A stretch of 63,606 nt of DNA, the filler included, from Octopus bimaculoides (taxonomy: Eukaryota): assembly GCF_001194135.2 (NCBI RefSeq). It is 7 parts of 6 records of this genome, joined end to end, with 100 filler letters (N's around TTAATTAATTAA, not from the genome) between each part and the next. Parts side by side here need not be neighbours in the genome. Positions count along the whole stretch, not along the records: positions 17,181 to 47,319 come from NC_068983.1; 6 more parts are not named here. The stretch is one strand, 5' to 3'. This document shows positions 23,106 through 35,792 of this stretch, piece after piece. A program made the translations under genes and the position numbers. How positions within the stretch are numbered: the stretch's first letter is position 1; every line of letters begins with the position of its first letter. The notes beneath the pieces were generated by a model. That model had not been told where the DNA came from, ran no database searches, and saw only the letters and a program-made list of their open reading frames with translations.

Positions 23106-25249
23106 TAGGGGAATTTTCTCGCCCAACATGACTAAGCGAATTCTATATAATAATCCTTCTTATTCCAATGCGTCGCAGAGTCATTGCTTTAGTGTTTGTG
23201 AGAAATTACAAAAATTGCAACGGTGAATCCTATTCATCAACTAAACTGAGTAATCTCTCCAACGACAATTTGGATGAAGTTGAAGTTATTTTTCTTTCTC
23301 CCAAAGTTTAAAACATGATATCTGTATATTTTTTACAGTTTATATATACGAATTAGATGAAAACACCCGATAATAAAATATTGGTTGTGTTCTTTTTGCT
23401 CTAATTTTATTTTTACGGCTTAGGCAGAGAGTAAACGTTGCGTTCCAGTCGCTTGTTGTTCCACCCAAACACATGCAACAAGCAAAAAAATAACCGCCAT
23501 TCAAAGTATCCAAGTTCCAGATAATGAAGTGTTGGAATTATACTGTGACATTATTTTAGCTGCTGTGTTGCTGGAAAATTCGATTAATGAACTGTCAGCA
23601 CATCGGTAAAGTTAATCACGTCAGTAATCTATTGCTTTCGGCAAGAAATCATTTGTAGGAATTTTAAGTGAAATTTATTAAGAGTCGAAACCGTGTCATT
23701 GTGTTTGATCACTATAAGGTTGCTCTCAACCTGCTCTTTACAAGAAGTATCAAACAAATCATCTTCAAATCACAACCTCTCAGGTTTAAAAAAATCCACG
23801 CTCTGTCAAAATATAGGATAGGTTAGCGATCGTGTCCACATTAGAATCTTTTGCCATTGGTTTCTGCAGTACAAGAATTCCTGGGAGTAGATACGAGCAG
23901 TAACACAATTTCTGAACAACAGAATGTATAACTAATAATTGACACAGTGTATGTGAGTTAATTGTTACGACAGTTCTAGTCATCTTGATGTAATGCCTTT
24001 AAATGAATGTGAATGAATTATGGGGACGTTGGTACCTGAGGTCATACAGAGGGAGTTAACTATAACATTAGTTGCAGTTTAACTCTTTGAAGTGATTTCG
24101 TTCAAAGATGTGACCTGTTAGCCATGTCGTTATACGACATTTAAAGTCACGGTGTAACGGGGAGTATTTGATCTGGCATTCTTAAATTTTTAAAACGACT
24201 TTGGTGCAATTTCATTGTGATGTTCCTGTAATTTCTAACAAGTGGATTGTCTTCAAATATTCTCTCTTGTTATGTTTTAATGATCATATATTATGTAGTT
24301 AGTATAAGTAAAATCTTCTTCATTCGATCAGATGTCTGTTAATTATGTATCTATAGCGCTAGAGTGGAAGAAATGATAACTTTTGAAAATCGACATGAAA
24401 ATTTTAAATTCTTTTTCTTTTTTTTTTTTAAGTTCCGCTTTCAGAATCACCGCCGAATTTCAATTTGCTTTTCATTCAGCAAGACTACATAAAATAAATT
24501 CCATTCAACAATTGGGTTCAGTTAATTACATATCTATGGAAGTGATGTATAATCATTAGGAACTCATCTCTATAATAATATAACAAGTGGTTATTTTTCT
24601 TTGTAGAATTCTTTACTTTGGAGGTAAAGACAAAGAAGGTATATTCTACTGAATGTTGAATCATACACAACTCTCTGTGATTGCAAAATATATTCAAAAA
24701 TGAAGCCAATAATAATGTTCGAAAGTAGGATCTTCTTAGGATAAACTGATTAACTGATAAAGATACGAAAAGGAAACGTAAAGCAACGTATGAAAATGTT
24801 TAATTCATTTTTATAACTTTCTTCAATAAATTACTTACAAAATATCGAAATATAATTTTCATTAAAGCAACGTAAAACTGTGAAAGAAATACAAAGAATT
24901 TAAAGAAATATATTCTGTATATTTATCAATATTAGTGTTGTTTTGTTTATTCAATTATTTAATTATGTATTTATTCATTTAATTATTTTTTACTCATGTT
25001 TATTTTTTCATTTAATTACACAGAAGATAATGGATATTAAGCTAGCTTGGTTTAACTCAAGAGATTTCGTCTTCGTCAAATATTGAATCGGATTAGCTAT
25101 ATCATAGACATTTTGTCTTTATTATTAATCTCTCCAAAATCCGTCACTCTCAGGATCACTTTCTCTCTTTCTATTTATCAATCTTTATCTCCCCACCCTT
25201 GATCTGTATGCAACAATATATATATAGATAGATAGATGTATACATATAG

Positions 25250-25287
<38 letters not shown>

Positions 25288-26845
25288 GCGTATATNNNNN
25301 NNNNNNNNNNNNNNNNNNNNNNNNNNNNNNNNNNNNNNNNNNNNNNNNNNNNNNNNNNNNNNNNNNNNNNNNNNNNNNNNNNNNNNNNNNNNNNNNNNNN
25401 NNNNNNNNNNNNNNNNNNNNNNNNNNNNNNNNNNNNNNNNNNNNNNNNNNNNNNNNNNNNNNNNNNNNNNNNNNNNNNNNNNNNNNNNNNNNNNNNNNNN
25501 NNNNNNNNNNNNNNNNNNNNNNNNNNNNNNNNNNNNNNNNNNNNNNNNNNNNNNNNNNNNNNNNNNNNNNNNNNNNNNNNNNNNNNNNNNNNNNNNNNNN
25601 NNNNNNNNNNNNNNNNNNNNNNNNNNNNNNNNNNNNNNNNNNNNNNNNNNNNNNNNNNNNNNNNNNNNNNNNNNNNNNNNNNNNNNNNNNNNNNNNNNNN
25701 NNNNNNNNNNNNNNNNNNNNNNNNNNNNNNNNNNNNNNNNNNNNNNNNNNNNNNNNNNNNNNNNNNNNNNNNNNNNNNNNNNNNNNNNNNNNNNNNNNNN
25801 NNNNNNNNNNNNNNNNNNNNNNNNNNNNNNNNNNNNNNNNNNNNNNNNNNNNNNNNNNNNNNNNNNNNNNNNNNNNNNNNNNNNNNNNNNNNNNNNNNNN
25901 NNNNNNNNNNNNNNNNNNNNNNNNNNNNNNNNNNNNNNNNNNNNNNNNNNNNNNNNNNNNNNNNNNNNNNNNNNNNNNNNNNNNNNNNNNNNNNNNNNNN
26001 NNNNNNNNNNNNNNNNNNNNNNNNNNNNNNNNNNNNNNNNNNNNNNNNNNNNNNNNNNNNNNNNNNNNNNNNNNNNNNNNNNNNNNNNNNNNNNNNNNNN
26101 NNNNNNNNNNNNNNNNNNNNNNNNNNNNNNNNNNNNNNNNNNNNNNNNNNNNNNNNNNNNNNNNNNNNNNNNNNNNNNNNNNNNNNNNNNNNNNATATAT
26201 ATATATATACATACATAAAGTGGGCATTGTAGTTCGCTGGAAGCATTGTATATTGATAACCGTTAGATATATGCGTGTGTGTGTGTGCCAGTATGTGGTA
26301 TGTATGTGTGTAAGCATCACTGTGATTATTTTTCTTCTATTTCCTCAAACTATATCTCTGCCTTCTCTTTACACTATTTCTCTCTCTAATACAAAATTTG
26401 CATTTCCTCCCATTTCTTCGTTCTCACACTTTACATACCAATTTCCCTTTCTCGAAGCTCTTTGGAAGAGAGACTACGTATTCACATGTATAAGAAGACG
26501 AATATCCAGCTTATACGAATACATAAAAATACACGTGATAATATGAGCAAAGAGATGAATAAATATACAACTAACTTGAATTATTTCATGTAATAATAAT
26601 TCAGCATATACATATAAATTATATGATGAACATCCGAAATGCGTTAACCCTATATATATATGTGTGTGTGTGTGTGTAGGCATATACACATATGAATGTA
26701 CACACGTAAATGTGCACACACATGAATTTATGTTTATAAATATTTATATGCGTATGCGTATGTATTTGCATTTTTATATATTTACACATACATTCACACA
26801 CTCACACACACACATACATGATGTACTACATTTTGGTAATATATA

Positions 26846-26891
<46 letters not shown>

Positions 26892-28018
26892 GATAGATGG
26901 ATAGAGAGAGAGAGAGAGATAGAGAGGGAGAGAGGGAGATAGAGAGAGGCATTTCTATATATATATATATATATATAGCAATGTTAATTCTCTAAATGAA
27001 GTATTAACAGTAACTGCACGATAAAGTGTAGTATATTGCCACTTAAGTGCGGCTGACCCCNNNNNNNNNNNNNNNNNNNNNNNNNNNNNNNNNNNNNNNN
27101 NNNNNNNNNNNNNNNNNNNNNNNNNNNNNNNNNNNNNNNNNNNNNNNNNNNNNNNNNNNNNNNNNNNNNNNNNNNNNNNNNNNNNNNNNNNNNNNNNNNN
27201 NNNNNNNNNNNNNNNNNNNNNNNNNNNNNNNNNNNNNNNNNNNNNNNNNNNNNNNNNNNNNNNNNNNNNNNNNNNNNNNNNNNNNNNNNNNNNNNNNNNN
27301 NNNNNNNNNNNNNNNNNNNNNNNNNNNNNNNNNNNNNNNNNNNNNNNNNNNNNNNNNNNNNNNNNNNNNNNNNNNNNNNNNNNNNNNNNNNNNNNNNNNN
27401 NNNNNNNNNNNNNNNNNNNNNNNNNNNNNNNNNNNNNNNNNNNNNNNNNNNNNNNNNNNNNNNNNNNNNNNNNNNNNNNNNNNNNNNNNNNNNNNNNNNN
27501 NNNNNNNNNNNNNNNNNNNNNNNNNNNNNNNNNNNNNNNNNNNNNNNNNNNNNNNNNNNNNNNNNNNNNNNNNNNNNNNNNNNNNNNNNNNNNNNNNNNN
27601 NNNNNNNNNNNNNNNNNNNNNNNNNNNNNNNNNNNNNNNNNNNNNNNNNNNNNNNNNNNNNNNNNNNNNNNNNNNNNNNNNNNNNNNNNNNNNNNNNNNN
27701 NNNNNNNNNNNNNNNNNNNNNNNNNNNNNNNNNNNNNNNNNNNNNNNNNNNNNNNNNNNNNNNNNNNNNNNNNNNNNNNNNNNNNNNNNNNNNNNNNNNN
27801 NNNNNNNNNNNNNNNNNNNNNNNNNNNNNNNNNNNNNNNNNNNNNNNNNNNNNNNNNNNNNNNNNNNNNNNNNNNNNNNNNNNNNNNNNNNNNNNNNNNN
27901 NNNNNNNNNNNNNNNNNNNNNNNNNNNNNNNNNNNNNNNNNNNNNNNNNNNNNNNNNNNNNNNNNNNNNNNNNNNNNNNNNNNNNNNNNNNNNNNNNNNN
28001 NNNNNNNNNNNNNNNNNN

Positions 28019-28086
<68 letters not shown>

Positions 28087-28449
28087 CCATGCGCGTATAC
28101 GGATGGGATTAAATGTATATATATATCTATGAATGTTACGTGTACTTTTTGTGCTTGGTAGGTGTATGTCTTTAATAATAGCATAATCGTATAATGTATT
28201 GTGCCATAATACTGTAACCATGGTAATTCGATGTAGGATCAGCCTCTTCATGAAGGATAATTGCAAGTAGTACGTGAATATGATGCTGTTTTACGGAATA
28301 AGTATTGTAAATTAAACTACAAGCACTCACATGAAAACCGCACGGGTAACTTCGCATGTACTTTCGCAATGGGCGGAGAAATCCCATCAGATTAGTTGCG
28401 ATATAAGGAGGCAATAAATAGAAAATATCATGAGGCAGTAAATACCGAA

Positions 28450-29285
28450 ATTAATAGTTTCAAATTTTGGCGGAATGCCATGCTGTTTTAAAAAAAAGGG
28501 AAAGTCGGTTAGGCTGAACCAGCGTGCAACTGGTATTTATTTGATCGAACCCAAAAGATTAAAATGCAGTCTGATCTCTGCGAAATTTGAAAGCAGATGT
28601 AAAAGAGTAGGAAAAGCAGCTGCTAAATAGTTTGTTCTACAACTTACCGCCTTAAACTGCCGAAATCATCCACTTCTACTGTATAATCGAATTTTGGCAT
28701 TTTAGGGGAAGAGCTAATGGGTGATATCGAACCCAATGCGCAAATTCTGAATATTTTATTGATTCAGATGTATTAAAGGTGAAGTCAACTTAGATATCTT
28801 GCGAACTCAGAGAGTAAAACCGGGAGGATTGTTGTAAAGCATTTCGTCGAAATCACTAATGATCGCCATATTAAACTACCAAAATAAATACTATAACTGC
28901 TTCAACGTTTAGCACAAGTTCAGCAACGTTTGGGACAAGGTTGCTTGTTGTGCACATGAGCAACACTATTTGTGCTTCGGTTTTACACTTTACGTGCCGA
29001 AACGATGAAAAGCAAAGTTAAGAAATTCTGCTAAGCATTGCATCCAAAGTGGTAGATATTTTCCCAGCTCACTGACCTGAAATTAATGATGATAATAATG
29101 ACAACTGTTTGTATTATAGACACAAGGCATGAGCTTACGAAGTGGGAAGCATTCAACCACATTGATCCAACTCCTGGGCTTTTAACTTTGGTATCGACAC
29201 CAGCGGTATCTTGAGCTCAAAACATACTAGAATTACGCTAGATATTGTGCATGATGCTTTAACGGTTCTGCCAGCTCATCGCCTG
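28450..29285 (-). mobile_element. Four old head-to-tail SINE B-like copies
   Basis: Decayed versions of TTTTGGCACAAGG / GAAAGG(C/T)AAAGTC / CTAAGCATT / CTGCCAGCTC recur at roughly 200-bp spacing. Confidence 0.5.
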
Positions 29286-29338
29286 AATAATAATAATAAT
29301 AATAATGATAATAATAGTAATATTAATAATAATAATAC

Positions 29339-29388
<50 letters not shown>

Positions 29389-29894
29389 GTGATGGTGGTG
29401 ATGGTGGTGGTGGTGGTGGTGGCGNNNNNNNNNNNNNNNNNNNNNNNNNNNNNNNNNNNNNNNNNNNNNNNNNNNNNNNNNNNNNNNNNNNNNNNNNNNN
29501 NNNNNNNNNNNNNNNNNNNNNNNNNNNNNNNNNNNNNNNNNNNNNNNNNNNNNNNNNNNNNNNNNNNNNNNNNNNNNNNNNNNNNNNNNNNNNNNNNNNN
29601 NNNNNNNNNNNNNNNNNNNNNNNNNNNNNNNNNNNNNNNNNNNNNNNNNNNNNNNNNNNNNNNNNNNNNNNNNNNNNNNNNNNNNNNNNNNNNNNNNNNN
29701 NNNNNCAGGGACGGTAGCGGCGGTGGCGGTGGTGGCAGAGGTGGCGGCGGCGGCGACGACAGGGACGGCAGCGGCGGTGGCGGCTGTGGCAGGGGTGGCG
29801 GCAGCGGCGTCGCCAGCGGCGGCGGCAGTGGTGATGATCATGATGATGATATTTTCAAATTTTGATACAAGGCCGACAATTTTGTTAAGCAGGT

Positions 29895-30270
29895 AGGCAG
29901 CGGGGTAATGTTTACGATATAGCCAGCTGACTGTCGGATGCGTCCTACATCTAACAGCACCTGTTCGATAAATGTCCATAACCTCGTAACGCTCCAACAC
30001 AGTACCAACTCATGCAAAAAGTTTCCGCTGCTCAACGCGCATCTTGGGCAGGTGCGACTAAAGTCGCCATACTTGTAGATATGATGGAAATTATCCATGT
30101 GCTCCGGCCTGAAAATACACCTGAAATCATCAGTCAGTTTTTTTCTTATCGATGCCTGATAACGACGTTGATTGTAACCGCATCTAAATCTCTGCAGAAG
30201 GCCATGATCAAGTATCTACCGGTTCAATAACTGACTGGTAGAGGGCTATGAAGGTTCTTTACAGTACTTG
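29895..30270 (-). mobile_element. Tx1/L1-like ORF2 C-terminal zinc-knuckle remnant
   Basis: IFRPEHMDNFH...IYKYGDFSRTCPRCALSSGNFLHELVLCWSVTRLWTFIEQVLLDVGRIRQSAGYIVNITPLP shows the CxxC-x7-H-x4-C then LW pattern of L1/Tx1 zf-RVT C-termini. Confidence 0.55.
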
Positions 30271-30693
30271 AGGTGAATAACAATAGAATCTTACTTCGGC
30301 ACAAGGACAAGAATTTTGATGAGAGTCTGTTAGTCGATAGCAATTTGCCCAATACCCCTCTAGTACTTGGTTATATTGCTCCAAACTGGATAAACACAAA
30401 GCTGAGTTCGGCGATATTTGATTCCACAATTTGAAATGCCTCAAGAAATGAAGCAGGACATTTTCTCCCGGACCTGTAACAATACTGATCTGCTCAAGAC
30501 CAGTAATTTTGAGAGGATGGGTTAGTCAGTGTAATCGGATCATGTATGTGTCTGGTACATTATGTCATCGACAATATGTATATGCGCGAATGTTTGTATG
30601 TGTGTATGCATGTCATCATCGTCATCATCATCATCTCTCACCACCACTAAGAACAATACTGTCTTCACTATATCCGTCATCTTTGTCGCCGTC

Positions 30694-30737
<44 letters not shown>

Positions 30738-32019
30738 TTTGATGTAATATTTACATTGCACATCTACCGCTCGGTTTCGCCGGCGTAAGTCCAAGTGTTA
30801 AATTGTGCGCAATTTAATTGGAATTTCTCTCATTACTCCAATTATGAAAACTTCGCAAGACCCATGGCTACAAAATATAGTTTGGTTTTGCCAATTATTG
30901 CAATTATAAAAATAAAAATCTAAAGGCATATGCAGATGAAGAGCATAAAAATTTCTAATGAGGTAACAATGAATAAATGGCAACACCCTCTATTATTTCA
31001 CCACGCTATATTTGCTGAGTAAATCCGAAGGGGGAAATTAAAACAAAAAGGAATGAATAAGCTATGATTTAATTATCAATTGAATAAATTTCAGCTGAAT
31101 GGATAAACAGGTGCCTGTCATCGCTGTAAGGTCAATTAACATTCTCATACAATCTTTGTAGTAATTTTGTTTATATACATTTTATTCTCGCTTTACACGT
31201 TCAATTTATAATTTGGAATCCATGTACAAATGCCACAATCTTAAATTACGTAATGAAAAATATTAAAACGCTGTTAATGATAATAATTGCTTTTAATTGA
31301 GGTCTATAGACTGCTGTTCAGAGTGGCCGTAGGGATATTTATAACGAAGTCAGTGCTTGGCTTGTACTTTATTTATCGCTTTATTTGTACTTTAAGATTG
31401 TGGGAGTTGTACTCAGAAGTGCTGCAGCAAACACTGCAGTGGTCTTTTTTTCCGTCTTTGCAACGATTTCGCAAATCCTAATAACCTCAGAAAAAGATGG
31501 CGGGGGTGAAGGCGATTAAATCGACATTTATATTTGCTTTGTACAATGAGCTCAAGAGGATGAAAAGCAAAAAATGTTCTCGACAGAATCTGAAATCAGA
31601 TGAAACGACCTACAAATTACTGCAAGACGACCAGTCAATAATACTCCTGTCCTTTCAATGAAAAGTACTCTTAACTGTACTTATATTTTTCAGAGATATT
31701 TTCAGATTTTCTTTGTATTTATCTTTTGTTTTTTTTTTGTTTAAATTCTTAATTTCCCTCATCTCCTATTGCATTTGCTAGAATATGTTTCTTGCATGGA
31801 AGCAATTAAAAATTTCAAAATATGTACATAATAAGATATTCATAAGCATATCTTATTATGTGAATTTTCTAATTTTCAAACTGGCTATAAACGGACAATC
31901 AGTAACTTTGTCTCTTCTCTTAATGATACTTTATCTAAGACACACAAGGTTTATCGTATAATTTTTCCGCTCCATGTCACCACCAGTCTCCTTGGAACTA
32001 CTACTACTACTACTAATTT

Positions 32020-32087
<68 letters not shown>

Positions 32088-32244
32088 ACGTTTCTTTTTC
32101 ATCTACCTTTGTATATATATATATATATAATGGTTATGTATTGTTTCTATGCATTTCTTGTATTTTAATTGTAGGATTATTGAAATGCTACTTCCCCTGT
32201 CATATAGATTCTTAAGGCCAGTTTCTGTGGCATATATATATATT

Positions 32245-32408
32245 ACACCGCCGGACGAGACTTCGGTCCGTCGCAGAAATGCTCATTTTGCCAGATGAGT
32301 GAACTAGAGCAACGTGAAATGAACACAACATATCATCGTGTGGCCCTGGAATCGAAACTACAATTTTACGATCATTAGACCAACACTGTAACCACTAAGC
32401 TACGCGGC
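32245..32408 (-). mobile_element. SINE family C-like fragment
   Basis: The reverse strand reads CCGCGTAGCTTAGTGGTTACAGTG...TAGTTTCGATTCCAGGG...TTTCACGTTGCTCTAGTTCACTC. Confidence 0.6.
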
Positions 32409-33178
32409 TCCAGAATTTTAGGCTTAAAGATGTTGAGGAACAATTAGGAACTGATAAACTAATCGAAAGAAACATGTTTCCATTTGCTTTCCTTTTCTTC
32501 GCTCACCTCTCTCAACCGAAAATTCTTACAGATTTGTAAACACATTTATTAATGATTAGGAATAGTATTTAAATATCGGAGCTAGAGTATTTCATTACAA
32601 TATAAGCAATTCATAATCTAAGTGTGATCAATTTAATTGTTAAATAATCAACTGAGACAATTACACAATTTCCAATCTTAGAAAGTGTAGCATATTTATA
32701 ATCCTTATTACAAAGAATTATACTGTTTCCATAACGTTCATTATTAAATATAAATGAAGTTTTTTTTACAAGACATATTATGAGTTACTGTTCCATTAAG
32801 GGCGGACTAAACTCGAGCAAAAATACAGTATGTTGCTTAGTTCTTAACAAAGACACTACGGAGACCAGTTTTACATATCTATTCCTCGGGAGTTGATAAA
32901 ATTAAATAGCCGTAAAGTACTGTGGTCGATTTAGTCGACTAAGCCCTTGCCACAGATACGTGGTCATGTGAAGATAATAGAAACAAATATTTCATGAATA
33001 CAAAATATAAATTATTCACCTCCAGTTTTTCAGATTGGAGCCTTATTAAGCTGTTGTTTAGATGTCAGCAAAAACATTTGTTAGAGTTCGGTTAGATATT
33101 ATTGGGATTATATTGCTTATTTCTAATATGTAACTGAATTTCTTTTAATTATTATTCATTATTATTCCTTATTATTAT

Positions 33179-33288
<110 letters not shown>

Positions 33289-33383
33289 GCTACTGCTATT
33301 ATTATCATTATTGTTATCATTATTATTATTATCATCATCATCATCACCACCACCACCACCACCACCACCACCACCACCACTAC

Positions 33384-33425
<42 letters not shown>

Positions 33426-33504
33426 AATCATCACCACCATCATCATCATCATTATCATTATCTTTCAGTCTGTTTCTATTCTTGCCTAGAGTCCTCTCTT
33501 ATTC

Positions 33505-33710
33505 GCGCTGGCAGAATCGTTAGCACGCTGGGCAACATGCTTAGCGGTATTTCGCCCGTCGCTACGTTCTGGGTTCGAATTCCGCCGAGATCGACTTTGT
33601 ACTTCGGGGTCGATAAATTAAGTACCAGTGAATTGTTGAGGTTGTTTTGATCAACTTCACCTTCTCCACAAAATCCAGGCCTTGTGCCTATCGTCGAAAG
33701 GATTATTATT
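33505..33710 (+). mobile_element. SINE family B ending in an (ATT)n tail
   Basis: GCGCTGGCAGAATCGTTAGCACGC...GGCCTTGTGCCTATCGTCGAAAGGATTATTATT. Confidence 0.85.
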
Positions 33711-34105
33711 CCTTCATAACACAGTGTAGTTAAAGTGCACCGAAATCTCTAGCCATCTGTCAAGTCACAACGAAGACTTCAGACAGACAATACTTTACTT
33801 AAGACGTGCTCTGTGCCCAATAACGCTGCTTTTTACAAGCCATCAATCTTGCATGGGATTCCCAGTTGCCTTAAGAAGTTTTGAAATTTCAATGGGATTG
33901 TGCCCAATGCTCTGATTACCACTGGTGTCACTTTTACATTACCTTCTCGCATTCCATACAGTCTTGCTATTTTCACTTTCAATTCGGAGTAGTTGGTGAT
34001 ATTTTTCAACCTCTTTACTCACAACATTCATATCATTTGGTATGGCTACATCAATAATCTGACAGTATTTGTCTTTCGTATTCAATATGACAATATCCGG
34101 CCGAT
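33711..34105 (-). mobile_element. R4/Dong-clade non-LTR retrotransposon 3' end (PD-(D/E)xK RLE endonuclease)
   Basis: RPDIVILNTKDKYCQIIDVAIPNDMNVVSKEVEK/ITNYSELKVKIARLYG...VTPVVIRALGTIP...LRQLGI...L*KAALLGTEHVLSKVLSV*, with one frameshift and one internal stop. A ~70-nt 3' UTR ends at AATAATAAT. Confidence 0.85.
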
Positions 34106-35584
34106 ATTATTAAAACACAATTTTTTTCAACTTAGCGGTTTCTAATACCTTAAAATCTTTATTCAATTATATCTTCAAGAAAACTTCAAGAACACATTTC
34201 TTTTCAGCAACTACTGAATGTTTTGGTTTCAACTAAATGATGGACAATACATCTACTTTACATAATTCGACGAATCTCAGATTGTGCACCTTATATGAAA
34301 ATCACAATAATATTTACCGCCGAATATGGATCAGTTGAGCTTAATCCTAATTGAGCATATTTACATGTTCGTTTTGATTCAACTAACATCTCTTAAATAC
34401 ATCATAATCTCTCTGAACCAACATATCGATATCGTAAAATATCGTAACTGGTTATATATATATTGTTAATAATATAGTAATTGAAATTGTGTTATTGCAG
34501 ATCTTGGCTCTCAGTTCCTTATTAACTATGTAAAGCAGAATAATAGATTGGAATAATTGAATAAGTATCGCTGGTTCAAAAATCGCCTGTGATGCTTTTA
34601 GGACTATTTAACATGCCCCCACACTGTCTATTGCAATTTGACAGCCTTTAACTACACACTAAAAGTAGATCCCAAATTATTTTAATTTCGACTATAACAC
34701 ACATGCAAAGACGAAAATTTTACCCGTCATTACGAAAAGATTACACGAACAACTTATACATATAAACACCTACGCATAGAAAGTGTTACAATTTACTAAT
34801 TTAATGTGAGCTATTGATAAGGAACTGTAATGAAATCAGGTATTAAAATTTTTTTATCAATATATGAATTCTGTAAAGCTCTGTCAGATTTCAAAACCGT
34901 TTTTTTTGTTTGTTACCAAATATGTCTAACAGAAAATATATTTTGTCATAGTCTTCTAATGAGATTATTTCTTTGCAAAATTGAAATGGAAAATATATCC
35001 TATTTATGTTAAGATAATTCTACATACATCTTTTTTACGTGGTAAATATTTTATTACAAATATAATGGATAAAGAAAATAATAATACCAGGAGAGAAGAG
35101 AACAAAAGAAGATTAGGAATGCAAAAATATTTCGTTTTCTCGATATTGTATTCCCAACTGATTCACGCATAAATTATTTAATGATATCTAAATTTCTTTT
35201 TTCAGTATATATTTTTTATTTGGTAGATGTGGAGAGAAAAGTAGTGATCATAACCTTGCGACTCTCAAAGACTGGTGAGCTTGACGTCGTCAGTGTTCTT
35301 TTTTTAGTATTGTTAGCTGAACCACGGAATTAAAGGCATGAACTAGAAACAAATTGCTGTAAGTCAATGTTCAGGGCAAAGAGAATAGGGCATAACGTTT
35401 AGTGCAGCCTCGGTGCCGTGATAGAGGTCAAAATTTGACAAGAGGTGGAAATCAAGTGGAGTGATGCAGTAGTCTATCTGATTGTAATAGTATGAGGTCA
35501 GCAAACTCCAAAGAAGAGATAATATTAAAGTAGCGATAGATAAGACAGAGACAGGTGGCATACTTTCCACAAGAATTCGGGTTT

Positions 35585-35792
35585 ACTTGCTTACTTCTTG
35601 CTTGCTTCATGCTCATGCTTGATGGGGCTGGGATTATCATAGGTTAGGGGTCTCACAGACTCATCATGCGTAGGGCCAACCAGGTTCACCAATGCCCTCC
35701 GTCACTGACGTTCACGTGCCAACCTCTCTACATCTCTACATCTTTCAAGGTGACGTAGAGCCTTTAGAAATCTCCTTTAACCACGTCCAAAG
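35585..35792 (-). mobile_element. RTE-like LINE 3' end, decayed
   Basis: LDVVKGDF*RLYVTLKDVERLARERQ*RRALVNLVGPT after removing an 8-nt duplication. It ends in (AAGC/AAGT)n short repeats typical of RTE tails. Confidence 0.5.

Noticed and set aside
24050-24067. GGGAGTTAACTATAAC resembling the LSU rRNA / R2 target motif
   Set aside because: Only a short imperfect match with no flanking rRNA similarity.
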